64,000 nt of DNA from an uncultured delta proteobacterium (lineage in GTDB: Bacteria > Myxococcota_A > Polyangia > Polyangiales > Polyangiaceae), in the NCBI GenBank assembly GCA_963850305.1, contig CAWKKR010000003.1:32001-96000 (forward strand). Direction: 5' to 3'. Below, one piece after another: positions 23,614 through 35,914 of this stretch. The notes beneath the pieces were generated by a model. It had not been told where the DNA came from, searched no databases, and saw only the letters and a program-made list of their open reading frames with translations. Position 1 is the stretch's first letter. The number at the start of each line of letters is the position of its first letter. The position numbers and the translations under genes are program-made.

Positions 23614-24304
23614 CGTTCGTCTTCGCCTTCCGCTTCGCCGGATACCCGACGGTCTGAGCGAAGAGCACCCGCTCGGTCCGTCCGAGTCCGAGCTTCTTCG
23701 CGAGGGCAACCTTATCGCAGTTGTGAAACCAGCAAGCGAGTCCCTCGGAAGCTGCGAACAGATAGACGTTCCCCGCGATGAGCCCCGTGTCCACGAAGTA
23801 GTAGGACTTCTGCACCTCGGGGTCGTGGAGCCCTGGCTCCTCGAATCCCTGCGTGTGCTCGAGCCTGTCCACATCAACCACGAAGACGAGCTGGACCGGG
23901 GCGTCCGGTGAGACCGGCGGCTGCCTGGAACCGAGGGCGAGCGCGCGGATGTCCTCGGCGAGAACGGGCACGAGCGCGTGGGACGAAGGGTCGAACCGAT
24001 AAACACCCTGCTCGAGCGCGACGTAAACGACTATCTCCCGCGAGTTACTCGCGGAAGCTGCCGTGACGCCCGCTCGACCGAATGGTCCCTGTCGCCGGTT
24101 CACACCGCAGGCCGCAAACAGCAGATTCGATAGCAGCTGCGCTCCGATGGCCTTTCCGCCGATGTCCCGGGTCGTCCGCCGCTCGCGAAGGGCTGCGGAG
24201 ACACCGCGGCCGCCCGTGAGCTTCGGTTTCGGCAGGCGAAACGGCGGCGCGCTCTTCGATCGGGCGCTCTTCTTCGGGTGCTGCACCGGGCGCGGCGAGT
24301 CCAT
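23597..24304 (-). CDS. Nitroreductase-family (SagB/ThcOx-like) protein
   Basis: LRERRTTR, LSNLLFAACGVN, ASASN, DTGLIAGNVYLFAASEGL, QTVGYP. Confidence 0.85.
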   Translation of the reverse strand: MDSPRPVQHPKKSARSKSAPPFRLPKPKLTGGRGVSAALRERRTTRDIGGKAIGAQLLSNLLFAACGVNRRQGPFGRAGVTAASASNSREIVVYVALEQGVYRFDPSSHALVPVLAEDIRALALGSRQPPVSPDAPVQLVFVVDVDRLEHTQGFEEPGLHDPEVQKSYYFVDTGLIAGNVYLFAASEGLACWFHNCDKVALAKKLGLGRTERVLFAQTVGYPAKRKAKTNDATLG

Positions 24305-24498
24305 GCGTGGCCCACCCCTGCAGCGCATGTGCCAAGGGGCGGAGCGCGGAGAGTGTGGCAGCGCATGCCCGAATCGAAATGCCGCGACACGAATCTTTTG
24401 CGCTCACGCGACCGGCTTGCGTTGTAAATGGCGAAGAGCAGGCAACTTCACGTCCGAACGCCCCCGGCACGCACCTTGCGTCGGGCGGCACGCTGGTC

Positions 24499-24765
24499 AT
24501 GAACGTCCTCGAGTTCACGGGTTTCGGCATGTTCGGAAGCGCCATCGCCGCGGCCTATACCGCGTCGCTCGCGCATAACACGCGCCTGTATCTCTCACCG
24601 GATCGAATCGCCCGTGCACTGTTCATGCACGTGAGCCGCCTCGTGCTGCTCGCCGCCGTGCTGGTCTTCCTGGCCCGGGCGGGAGGGCACGCATTCCTCG
24701 TCGCCGTCGCGTGCTTCGCCGTCACGCAAGGGCTGCTCGTCGCGTGGTCACGGAGAAGCCAGTGA
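24499..24765 (+). CDS. atpR: N-ATPase accessory membrane subunit AtpR-like
   Basis: 88-aa three-TM protein ([10 protein letters not shown]...RLVLLA), coupled to atpB by GTGA overlap. Confidence 0.65.
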   Translation: MNVLEFTGFGMFGSAIAAAYTASLAHNTRLYLSPDRIARALFMHVSRLVLLAAVLVFLARAGGHAFLVAVACFAVTQGLLVAWSRRSQ

Positions 24766-25445
24766 GTTCGCCGCTATTCGAATCGCCGCTCTTCCGAGTC
24801 GGACCGATCCCGGTCGACGGCTCGCTTCTCACGAGCTTCGGAATCACGGTCGTGCTCGGGGTCTCGAGTTTCCTCGCGACGCGGAGCCTGTCGCTCACGC
24901 CGAGCAGGACGCAGGCTGCTCTCGAAGCCGTGGTGTCGACCATCGACGGTCAGCTACGGGATGTCCTCCACCGGGATCCGGAGCCGTACACGCCGCTCGT
25001 CGGGACGCTCTTCATCTTCCTTTTGGTCGCGAACAGCATCGAGGTGGTGCCCTTGCTCCATTCGCCGACGGCACGGCTCGAGACGACCATGGCGCTCGCG
25101 CTCGTCGTGTTCTTCTCCGTCTACTACTACGGCATCCGGGCAAACGGGTTCGTCGGATACCTCCGGCACTTCCTTTCGCCCACTCCCCTGCTCGCGCCGA
25201 TCCACCTCCTCTCGGAGATCACTCGGACGTTCGCGCTCATGATGCGCCTGCTCGGCAACATCATGAGCCACGGGCTCGTGCTGGCGATCGTGGTGTCACT
25301 GGCCGGCCTTTTCGTACCGATTCCGGTCATGGCGTTCGGGCTCTTCGTGGGGCTCGTGCAGGCATATATCTTCGCGACGCTCGCTGCCGTCTACGTCGCC
25401 GCCGCGGTCGAGACGGAAAGGACGGAGAAGGAGGCTCGGAAATGA
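24762..25445 (+). CDS. atpB: ATP synthase Fo subunit a (N-ATPase type)
   Basis: [25 protein letters not shown] (essential Arg), VQAYIF. Confidence 0.95.
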   Translation: MSSPLFESPLFRVGPIPVDGSLLTSFGITVVLGVSSFLATRSLSLTPSRTQAALEAVVSTIDGQLRDVLHRDPEPYTPLVGTLFIFLLVANSIEVVPLLHSPTARLETTMALALVVFFSVYYYGIRANGFVGYLRHFLSPTPLLAPIHLLSEITRTFALMMRLLGNIMSHGLVLAIVVSLAGLFVPIPVMAFGLFVGLVQAYIFATLAAVYVAAAVETERTEKEARK

Positions 25446-25684
25446 CGATTCAATCTTGGAGTATCCTGGGTGCGGTCATCGCGGTTTGCTTCGGAGCCGT
25501 GGGCCCCGCGTTCGCGGAAGGCCGTGCCATCGCGGCCGCGATGGAAGCCATCGCGCGACAACCCGAAGCAGGCGGCACGATTTCGCGAACGCTGTTCGTC
25601 GGACTCGCGATGATCGAGGCGATCGCGATCTACTGTCTGGTGATCGCGCTCGTGCTCCTCTTCGCGAACCCGTTCGTTCACTGA
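25442..25684 (+). CDS. atpE: ATP synthase Fo subunit c (N-ATPase type)
   Basis: [10 protein letters not shown] (helix-1 Glu), ARQPE loop, MIEAIAIY. Confidence 0.95.
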   Translation: MTIQSWSILGAVIAVCFGAVGPAFAEGRAIAAAMEAIARQPEAGGTISRTLFVGLAMIEAIAIYCLVIALVLLFANPFVH

Positions 25685-25690
25685 GGGTCC

Positions 25691-26440
25691 ATGCACATCT
25701 CCGGCTGGAACGTCGTTCTGGAGGTCATCAACTTCCTGATCCTGGCGTGGCTCCTCCAACGCTTCGTCTTCGTGCCGATACGGGGCGTCCTCGAGAAACG
25801 GCAGCAGGCGGTCGACGCTTCGCTGAAGCAAGCCGAAGGCAAGACGGCCGACGCGGAGCACCTTCTCGAGGAGTACCGAGCGAAGACGGCCGCCATCGCC
25901 GACGACGCGGCACGTGCACGTGACGACGCCCTCGCTGCCGCCCGACGCGAAGCGGAGGGCATCCACCAGGAGATGCTCGTGAAGGCGCAAGCGGAGCTCG
26001 AGCTCGCCAGGCGCGCGCTGCAGCAAGAAAGGGCGGATACTCTGCACGACCTCGAGGCGCGCGCCGCGGACCTGGCGACGTCGATCGCCGAACGCCTGCT
26101 TCATGGAACGCGCCCGGACTCCGACGCGCCGTACCTGTGGCAGGCGACGGCGAGCATCGATTCGCTGGATCCGGCGGCGAAGACGGCCCTGGCGAAGGAG
26201 CTCGTCGCTCGGGGCATCGAGACCGTCTCCTCGCGCCCGCTCGACGCGGCAACGCGCGAGCGGTTCGAACGGTGGCTGTCCACGCTCGCCGACGGTCCCG
26301 TTCGTCCCGTGTACGGCGTCGACGATGCGCTCATCGCAGGCGTCGAGTTGCGCGTGCCCACGGGCGTGTACCGGTCGCACCTCCGTGCTTCCCTGGACCG
26401 CGTTCGCGCGGAGCTGACGGGCCATGCCGCCGCTGCGTGA
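25691..26440 (+). CDS. atpF: ATP synthase subunit b with delta-like C-terminal extension
   Basis: INFLILAWLLQRFVFVPI, coiled coil, C-terminal DDALIAGVELR. 249 aa and no separate atpH in the operon. Confidence 0.9.
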   Translation: MHISGWNVVLEVINFLILAWLLQRFVFVPIRGVLEKRQQAVDASLKQAEGKTADAEHLLEEYRAKTAAIADDAARARDDALAAARREAEGIHQEMLVKAQAELELARRALQQERADTLHDLEARAADLATSIAERLLHGTRPDSDAPYLWQATASIDSLDPAAKTALAKELVARGIETVSSRPLDAATRERFERWLSTLADGPVRPVYGVDDALIAGVELRVPTGVYRSHLRASLDRVRAELTGHAAAA

Positions 26441-27962
26441 CGAGGTTTCCGGGTGGTTCGAGGGTGCCGCGCGCCGTGTCCGCGACGCCGATCTGCGTCC
26501 CGTGCACGAAGCGTTCGGGCGCGTCGTGAGCATCGCCGACGAGGTGGCCACCGTCGAGGGACTGCCCGACACGCGGCTGAACGAGATCCTCGAGTTCGAA
26601 AACGGGCTCTCGGGTATCGCGGTGCTCCTCGACGAGGCTACCATCGGCTGTTTGCTCCTCGGGCCCCAAGCCGGCATCCTGGCCGGATCGCGAGTGCGCG
26701 GCACCGGCACCGTCGTCCGCGTTCCGATCGGCGACGAGCTCCTCGGGCGCGTCGTCGATCCGCTCGGCGAACCGCTCGACGGCTTGCCGCGACCGTGCAC
26801 GACGCGACGCGCGCCGGTGGAGAAACCAGCGCCGGCCATCGTGGATCGAGCGCCCGTCACGGAGCCGCTCTTCACCGGAATCACGGCGATCGACGCGATG
26901 TTGCCGCTCGGACGCGGGCAGCGCGAGCTCATCATCGGCGATCACTCGACGGGAAAGACGGCGATCGCCGTCGATGCGATCATTCGCCAGAGGTCGACGG
27001 ACGTGGTGTGCGTGTACGCCGCCATCGGACGGCGATCCTCGTCGGTCGCGGCGACCATCCAGGCAATGCGGACGCTCGGGAGGGCGGATCGGACGATCTG
27101 TGTCGTGGCGTCGGGTGACGACGCCCCGGGTCTCCAGTGGCTCGCGCCGTACGCCGCCTGCACCATGGCGGAGTACTTCTCCGAGCGCGGCCAGGACGCG
27201 CTCCTCGTCCTGGACGATCTGACGAAGCACGCGGAGGTGCACCGGCAGATCGCGCTGCTCCTGAGAGAGCCGCCCGGCCGCGAGGCGTACCCGGGCGATG
27301 TCTTCTATCTTCACTCGCGGCTCCTCGAGCGCGCCGCGCGCCTGGTGCCGGAGCTCGGAGGCGGCTCACTCACCGTGCTACCGATTGCAGAGACGCAGGG
27401 CGGCAACCTGAGCTCGTACATCCCGACGAACCTCATCTCGATAACGGACGGCCAGATCTTCCTCGAGCCGCGCCTCTTCAACGAAGGCGTTCGTCCCGCG
27501 ATCGACATCGGCAAGAGCGTGTCGCGCGTCGGCGGACGGACGCAATCACAGGCGATGCGGAGCGTCGCGGACAGGCTTCGTCTCGACTATGCGCAGTTCC
27601 TCGAGCTCGAGCTGTTCACGCGGATCGAAGGCGCCGGCGACGAGTCGTCTCGGCGAGTGCTCGACCGGGGGCGCCGCGTGCGTGCCGCGCTCGTCCAGCC
27701 GTCCGGCGAGCCACTCACTCAGGGCGAGCAGATCCTCCTGCTCGCCGCACTCGAAGCCGGGGTTCTCGACGACGCGCCCGCCGACGCGGTCGCACCGATC
27801 CGGAGCAAGCTCCGGGCGGCGCTCGAACGCCGGGACGCGCGTCTCCTGGCGGACATCGACGCGGGGCGCGCACCGGCTGCCGGGGAGCGCGACGTCATGG
27901 TCGCGGTCGTGCGCGAGCTCGTCGCAAACGTCGTGAAAGGCCTGGGTCATGGAACCGAGTGA
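26424..27962 (+). CDS. atpA: ATP synthase F1 alpha subunit
   Basis: GRGQRELIIGDHSTGKT, PPGREAYPGDVFYLHSRLLERA, SITDGQI. Confidence 0.95.
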   Translation: MPPLRDEVSGWFEGAARRVRDADLRPVHEAFGRVVSIADEVATVEGLPDTRLNEILEFENGLSGIAVLLDEATIGCLLLGPQAGILAGSRVRGTGTVVRVPIGDELLGRVVDPLGEPLDGLPRPCTTRRAPVEKPAPAIVDRAPVTEPLFTGITAIDAMLPLGRGQRELIIGDHSTGKTAIAVDAIIRQRSTDVVCVYAAIGRRSSSVAATIQAMRTLGRADRTICVVASGDDAPGLQWLAPYAACTMAEYFSERGQDALLVLDDLTKHAEVHRQIALLLREPPGREAYPGDVFYLHSRLLERAARLVPELGGGSLTVLPIAETQGGNLSSYIPTNLISITDGQIFLEPRLFNEGVRPAIDIGKSVSRVGGRTQSQAMRSVADRLRLDYAQFLELELFTRIEGAGDESSRRVLDRGRRVRAALVQPSGEPLTQGEQILLLAALEAGVLDDAPADAVAPIRSKLRAALERRDARLLADIDAGRAPAAGERDVMVAVVRELVANVVKGLGHGTE

Positions 27963-28799
27963 TCTGGCCTCCCGGACGCACGTGATCGGGGAGCTCTCGA
28001 ACGTCGTTCAGGCCATGCGCACTCTCGCGAGCGCGCGGAGGCGCCAGGCTCAGGAGCGGCTCGCCGGGCTCGCACGCTACGCGGTCGCCGCCGAGCGGGC
28101 GCTCGAGGAGGCCCTCGCTCTCCTGGGCCCGGAAGCGCCGCGCGAGCCTTCCACGCCTTCCGACCGGCGGCGCGTCGTCGTGCTGTTCTCCGAGCACGGG
28201 TTCGTGGGCGCCTTGAACGATCGCTTGCTCGACCTCGCCCTGTCGCAGTCTCGCTCCCGCGCGGCAGAGCTGGTTGCCGCGGGCAATCGGGGGATGCGCC
28301 TCTGCCGCGAGCGGGGCGTCGGCGCGACGTTCGGCGGCTCGATGCCGACCACGCTCGGCGCGGTTCACGCGGTGGCGGAGAGATTGCTCGAGGACGTGCT
28401 CCTGGCCGTGACGGAAGGAGGCATCGGCGAGATCGATCTCGTCTTCGCCGAGCACAGGGCGCAGGTCGGGTGGGAGCCACGCACGTCGAAGCTGTTTCCA
28501 CCGGCGGTCATCGCGACACCCGGAGCCGCCGCGCGAAGAGCGCCGCTCCACACGCTGCCTCCGCGGACCCTCGTGCTCCACGCGATGGAGGAATACGCCT
28601 TCGCGCAGGTGAACTGGGCGGTGAGCGAGGCGTTCGCGACCGAGCAAGCGGCGCGGTTCGTCGCGATGGACGCCGCGCGCCGTCACATCGACGAGAAGCT
28701 CGACGAGCTCCGCGCGCTCGGACGGACCCTGCGCCAGGAAGCCATCACGAGCGAGATCCTGGAGATCGCCTCGGGCGCCCAGCTCGTCGGTGGGACGCC

Positions 28800-28803
<4 letters not shown>
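27949..28803 (+). CDS. atpG: ATP synthase F1 gamma subunit
   Basis: VVQAMRTLA, SEHGFVGALN, EQAARFVAMDAA, RQEAITSEILEI. Confidence 0.9.
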
Positions 28804-30614
<1,811 letters not shown>

Positions 30615-30616
30615 CC

Positions 30617-30910
30617 GTGGCCGAGAACTCGCGGAAGCCTCGAGATCGCGACGCGGACCGGATGAGCCATAGCGTCGCGCGGTTCGGCGAACGGCGGCGA
30701 AAGTGGAGGGACGATGCGGGGCGCACCCTCCTCGCCGCGTTCAACCTGACGGGCATCGGATGGGTCGTCGTCGTGCCCACCGTCCTTGGCTTCGTGCTGG
30801 GTCACTACCTCGACGCCCGATTCTCTAGCGGCATCACGCTCGCCGCGGGCATGGGTTTCCTCGGGCTCGGCCTCGGGTGCTGGTCGGCGTGGCGGCGCAT
30901 CGAGCGATGA
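30617..30910 (+). CDS. atpQ: N-ATPase accessory subunit AtpQ (AtpZ/AtpI family)
   Basis: GIGWVVVVPTVLGFVLGHYLD...GLGLGCWSAWRRI. Confidence 0.8.
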   Translation: MAENSRKPRDRDADRMSHSVARFGERRRKWRDDAGRTLLAAFNLTGIGWVVVVPTVLGFVLGHYLDARFSSGITLAAGMGFLGLGLGCWSAWRRIER

Positions 30911-31078
30911 CCGACGAATGGCCGAGGCGTGTCGCCGCCGGGGGGGATCCTCAACCGAGACCGGAGGGAACCAATCAGGATGTTCGTGGCTCATCCGGAA
31001 TCGTGACACGGGGAGTCCACCCCGGGACTCCCCGCGTCACTTCGACCACATCGGACTCAATGCACGTTCGTCCTCGCG

Positions 31079-31491
31079 GTGGCCGGCTGGATCCACCGCA
31101 GTCAGCAGGACGTGATCGAGTACCTGGTGGTCGCCGAGTTCGTCGACCACTACCACCGAGAGCGCAACCCACCAGGGGCTCGGCAACGAGCTGATCGAGC
31201 CGAGCGGCTCGGGCCGTCATACCGTATGGTGCCGAAACTCGACCGAGCGCCTTCGGGCCGAAGTTGCAGGGTTTCGCACGGGTTCGGGGAGCGGCCATCA
31301 GCAGGTGGGATCGGCCGGAAGATGAACGCCATTCTGTTCCGGTTCTACTCTGGAATCTCGGCCACAATCTCGGGCGAAACACAATCCGGCGAATCCTCGT
31401 GGACGCGGGGCTTGAGCCCGCGCCGGAGCGTGGGAAGCGAACAAGCGAGGCCGCATGATTCCCGAGCGATCGAGTTTCGGCACACTACGGG
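31079..31491 (+). mobile_element. Scrambled, internally deleted transposase remnants with 24-bp inverted repeats (MITE-like)
   Basis: AGWIHRSQQDVIEYL fused to EFVDHYHRERN(H)QGLGNELIEP; NLGRNTIRRILVDAGLEPAPERGKRT; IRs at 31222-31245 and 31467-31490. Confidence 0.7.
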
Positions 31492-31538
31492 GCCCTGGGT
31501 GACGCTCCCATGAGCGACCAGGACCATCGGCTCGCGCT

Positions 31539-31745
31539 TCAGTGCGCGAAACGATTCGCGGGGACCGTGCCGAGCGTCAGCGCGTGGGGCGCTGGAGCCT
31601 CCGTGATGGTCATGTCATAATCGCACCGGCAGGAGTCCGCTGCCTTCTGCGCCGAGGGCACTGCGTCAGCGCCGGGTTCATGACTGGGCACCAGCGAAAG
31701 CGCCGCCGCGTGAAGCAGCAGGGACAGGACGAGTCCGACCTTCAT
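31539..31745 (-). CDS. Small exported or membrane-anchored protein (68 aa)
   Basis: Purine-rich RBS region (GGAGAGGAAGACGGAG-ATG), hydrophobic N-terminus MKVGLVLSLLLHAAAL, own AT-rich upstream region. Confidence 0.55.
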   Translation of the reverse strand: MKVGLVLSLLLHAAALSLVPSHEPGADAVPSAQKAADSCRCDYDMTITEAPAPHALTLGTVPANRFAH

Positions 31746-32114
31746 CTCCGTCTTCCTCTCCAGGGCGTCGTACGTGACGCTACCGAACCAATCATGTGAC
31801 GAATGAGTGACTTTAGCAAGTTTGGAACCGATTTATCTTGCCTACATTGACCCTCTGAACGGGGGCGGCTCCCCTGAAGGCCCTCCGCTCGAACGGCAAC
31901 GCGGGGGGTTCGCCAGGGCGTCAACGACAGCCGCGTGACGACGGCCATGCCCACGGCAACCGAGTCCGGGGACCACGCCACCCCGGGCGGCGCGCATCGC
32001 TAACGGGTGCTGGTCACCGATTCTGACCAGATGGCTCCGAGCCTTCGGGCTCGACCCCCGCCGCCGCGCCGGCTCCGCCCAGGCTCGCGAGGAACCTTCG
32101 GCGCGAGCCTGCCG

Positions 32115-34857
32115 TCATCGGCTCCCCGTATGACGGTTGCCCTTCGCGTCTTTCCAGAGAATGCGATTGAGTTTGCGCGAATCGACGGCGTCGGGCCGTG
32201 AGAAGTCCATGGCCATCGACGCCGCCGCCCCGGGCGCGGCGCTCGTGTTCGTCTGGTAAATGAGGCCATCGTCACGGTTGCGGTAGTCGGCCGAGAAGGG
32301 CGGCTGGTCCCCCGCGCCGGAGAAGAGCGGAGCCATCACGGGTGCATAGGCGTCGTTGGCGTTCATGGGAGGCAGGCCGAGGAGCGCCTCGATGGTGTGG
32401 ACCAGGCTCACGGTCGTGTAGAAGTGGTGGTCGACGAACGGCATCGCCAGCCGCGGCGCATACTTGCTGACGACGAACGCGGTGCTGCGGTGCGCGTCCA
32501 CGTGATCGGCGCCGTTCTGCGCGTCGTCCTCGAGCACGAGGATGGCCGTGTCGTCCCAGAACGCGCTGTGCGAGACGGCTTCCACGATCCGGCCGAGCGC
32601 GAGAATCGTTGTCCGCGACCGAAGCAGCAGGACGCGCCATGCCGGGCCGCGTGCCTCCCGTGTGGTCGTCGGGGAGCCTCATCACCATCAGCTGGGGCAT
32701 CGAGTCGCGGCCTCGCGCGCGATCACGCACGAACCCCTCGAACTCCACGAGAAACTCGTCGGCGCGGAGCTGATCCGGATAGTCGAGCTGGAAGCCCGGG
32801 AAGTAAGGGTCGAAGCGGTCACGGAGCTCCGGCTTGGTCGCCACCGCGAGAACGGGCACCGGCAGTTGCCACGGCCAAGGGCTCTTGCCGCCGGGAGGCT
32901 GACCGACGCGCGCCGGCAGCGCTTCCCCGGGATGGATCGTGGGATGCGTACAGCGCTCGGCGAGCAGCTGCGCGTAACGCGCGAGGTAAGAAGGAAGTTT
33001 CCGGTCGCACCAGATGGTGGAGATGAACTCGCCGTAGTCGCGGAACGTCACCCGCCGGCGCACGGCGTTCGCCCAGAGGTACCCCGTCGCCGGTTCGTCG
33101 ACGTCGGGCAGTTGCTGGAGCATCGGAATGTCTCCGGCGGCCTCGCCTTCGTAATCGTACGTGTGCTCCTTGCCGCGATAGACGATCTGCCAGGTCTTCT
33201 CGGTGTAGTCGGTCGTGATCGCCGCGGTCGACCACACGTGTCCGTCGCCGGAGACCTCCGCACTGTCGTAGAAGTCGTCGACGACTCCGAAGCGGAGCGC
33301 GAGGAGATGCTGGTTCGGCGTGATCTCGCGACCGTACATGGTGAGCGAGGGGTCGCCGTCGCCGACGCCCAGATCGCCGAGGATCTGATCGTAGGTCCGA
33401 TTCTCCTTGATGATGTAGATGACGTGGCGAATGGGATTCGGCCGGGAGGAAAACAGGGGCGCGATCTTCGCGTCGAGGTGGTTGTTCTCGACGACTTCCG
33501 CCGTCAGCTCCGGAAGCCGCTTTTCGGTGGCCTCGAGATCCATGCGCGCGATGGAGCCGTGCAGGAGAGCGGCGATGTACGGGTGAGGCTGGCCACCGGC
33601 GTAGGCGTTCGGCGTGGTGCCGCGCCCTTTGCCCGACGCGACGAGAAGCTCGTTTCCATGAACGGCGAGCGCGGTCGGATACCACTCGGTGGGAATGAAT
33701 CCGAGGGGCGCCGGTGCTTGCGGCGCAGCCCCCGAGGAGAGATCGAACACCGCAACCGCGTTCGCGGAGGAATCGGCGACCAGGAGCTGCTTGCCGTCGG
33801 GCGTGATCGCGAGCGCCGTCGGGAAGGAGCCCGCGTACTGCTGGTTCGGCAGAAGCGTGGACAGATAGCTCCGCACCGCATGTGTGTCCGTGTCGATGAC
33901 CGCGACCTGATCGGCGTTGGCGAGCGCGACGAAGAGCGACTTCTCGTCGGGGCTCAGGACCATCGCCGTGGGGTGCGGACCCGCCGCCGTGCGGGACGCC
34001 GGCTTCGAGACGGAGATCCGCCGGCTCGTTCCATCGCCGAGGTCGAGCTCCGCGATCTCGGACGCGTTCCAGAGGCTGACCCACGCGCGCCGGCCGTCGC
34101 GGCTCACGACGACCGTGTACGGAAACGAAGACGGGATGCTGTCCGCCGTGCTGAGGTCGAAGCGACGCAGGACGGCGCCGCTCGTCGCATCCATCAGCAC
34201 GGCGTCGTCGGAGAGATCGTCCGCCACGAGGAGCTTTTCGCCCGACTCGGTGACGAAATCGGCGATGCCCGCCGGATAGGGCACGGCGTAGCCAAGCGGC
34301 TCGCCCGCCGAGGCGCTCGACGCCTTCTTGCCAGCCGGCACCATGGCCGGGGGGATCGGCAGAAAGCGCTCGGGCCTGACCGTCCCGCGGGCGAACGTGT
34401 ACACCGCAATCCCGTTTCCGGTGCTGCCCCGCTCCTTTCCGAGTGGGTCGGTGATCGACGCGATCGACGCGAACAGACGATCGCCCGTTCGATCGAACGT
34501 CAGCCCCAGAAAATACGTCTGCCGTGCCTGAAAGCCGAGCCTCGGATCGGCGAACTGAGTGATGCGATGCGTCCGGAGGTCCAGGACGACGATCCCCTGG
34601 TGCAGATCGTTCTCTGGCGTACCGTAACCGCAGTCGAGCAGCGCCGCATAGCGACCGCTGGGATCGAGCGCGAGGGTCGTCGGAAATCCTCCGGCGACGT
34701 GAGGCTCGCCGGGCACGGGGAGCAACAGGCTCTTGCTGCTCGGAAGCTGAATGGCGCTCCGCGGCGCCGCCTGCTGAGCCCGCGCCGCGCAGGCCCGGAG
34801 AACCAGGAGCAACACGAGGGCGCACCGAGCCGAGATCCGTGGCGCTTGCCTGAGCAC
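32115..34857 (-). CDS. Secreted YVTN/YncE beta-propeller + phosphoesterase (alkaline-phosphatase superfamily) protein (apparent +1 frameshift near 32604)
   Basis: Propeller repeats (PTAMVLSPD, PTALAITPD), HVIYIIKENRTYD, LPDDHT, VADND/LALGRIVEAVSHS, EDDAQNGADHVDAHRS. Start uncertain. Confidence 0.85.
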
Positions 34858-34945
34858 CGGCCGAAACTCGCACGGCGTCCCGGCGAGCTGCAAGTCGAAG
34901 TCGCCGAGCTCGTCGATGGCGACCGATGGCAGCGCACGCTCGATG

Positions 34946-35830
34946 TCAGAATGTGACGGACGCGACTGCCCGCCCGAGCAGCGCCGGTGCGCCCCCGCCC
35001 AGGCCGAAGGCGGGACCGGCGGCGAGCGAGACGCGATCGTTCGCCCACGCCAGCGACAAGCTCGCGAAGTCGCGGGCGCCACCTTCGGCGTCGTGCGACC
35101 AGGCGTCTTCGATTTCTTGAACCACGTACTCTGCGCCAATGCGCAGGCGATCCACGACGCGCACCGACGTGCCGGCGTCCACGTAGAGGTCGATGGCATC
35201 TCGGCCCGGCGCAAACGCGTGCTCCGCGTGAACCAGGCCAGCGAAGCGCAGCCGGTCCACGTCATACGTGGCAGTGACGGCGCCGTAAGCAACGCTCGTC
35301 TCGGCGAAGTCGCGGAGATAGGCGCCATCCAGGGCCACGCGGAAGTGCTCCGAGTCCGGGTCCGTCACGAGAAAGCGCGCGCCGGCCTCGAACGCGCCAC
35401 GAACTCTGGACTCGTTCTCGAGCGGCGGCGCGAGATATGCCGTCGCAAAGGGCGCGAAGCGGTCCAGAATTCCGAGCTCGAAGTGAAGCTCATTCACCAG
35501 TCCACTGCGACCGACGTTCGCGGCCAGCGGTCGGACCGCGGCGCCGATCGAAGTGTAGCTCGGCGAATAGGAGACCAACGGCTCGAGTGGCGCGGGCAGA
35601 CGAGGATCGACCAGATAGAGCAAGGGGCGATCGAGCGTCTCGCTGCGGCGATCCCGGTCGGTCTTGCGATCCGCGACGGATCGAGGCTCGTCTGCAGTCG
35701 TCGACCCGTACGAGGGGTCCGTCGGCGCGGGCGCCGGTTCCACCGTCGCGTCGAAGTCTTCAGCCGCAAGGGCAGCGCCGGGGAGGATCGTCGCAACGAG
35801 TGCGGTCGTGCAGAGCCATGCGATATGCAT
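34946..35830 (-). CDS. Secreted protein, probable outer-membrane beta-barrel
   Basis: Signal peptide ending ALA, alternating-polarity strands, C-terminal Phe (RAVASVTF). Confidence 0.6.
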   Translation of the reverse strand: MHIAWLCTTALVATILPGAALAAEDFDATVEPAPAPTDPSYGSTTADEPRSVADRKTDRDRRSETLDRPLLYLVDPRLPAPLEPLVSYSPSYTSIGAAVRPLAANVGRSGLVNELHFELGILDRFAPFATAYLAPPLENESRVRGAFEAGARFLVTDPDSEHFRVALDGAYLRDFAETSVAYGAVTATYDVDRLRFAGLVHAEHAFAPGRDAIDLYVDAGTSVRVVDRLRIGAEYVVQEIEDAWSHDAEGGARDFASLSLAWANDRVSLAAGPAFGLGGGAPALLGRAVASVTF

Positions 35831-35914
35831 GGCCGTGCCGATGCCATGGCGCGTGTCAGAAGGCCAGGTCCGTAATACGTCCGCCGGGGCCCCGGCGCGC
35901 GACCGAATGCGCCG

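Noticed and set aside
23597..24304. RiPP azole cluster suggested by the SagB-like protein
   Set aside because: No YcaO or precursor peptide nearby; it is paired with a generic SDR.
30907..31194. ATG overlapping the atpQ stop, as a possible leftover atpR
   Set aside because: The translation is hydrophilic, shows no similarity to AtpR and runs into transposase debris.
32542..34956. 804-aa plus-strand ORF
   Set aside because: Antisense to the phosphoesterase; no recognisable domain.
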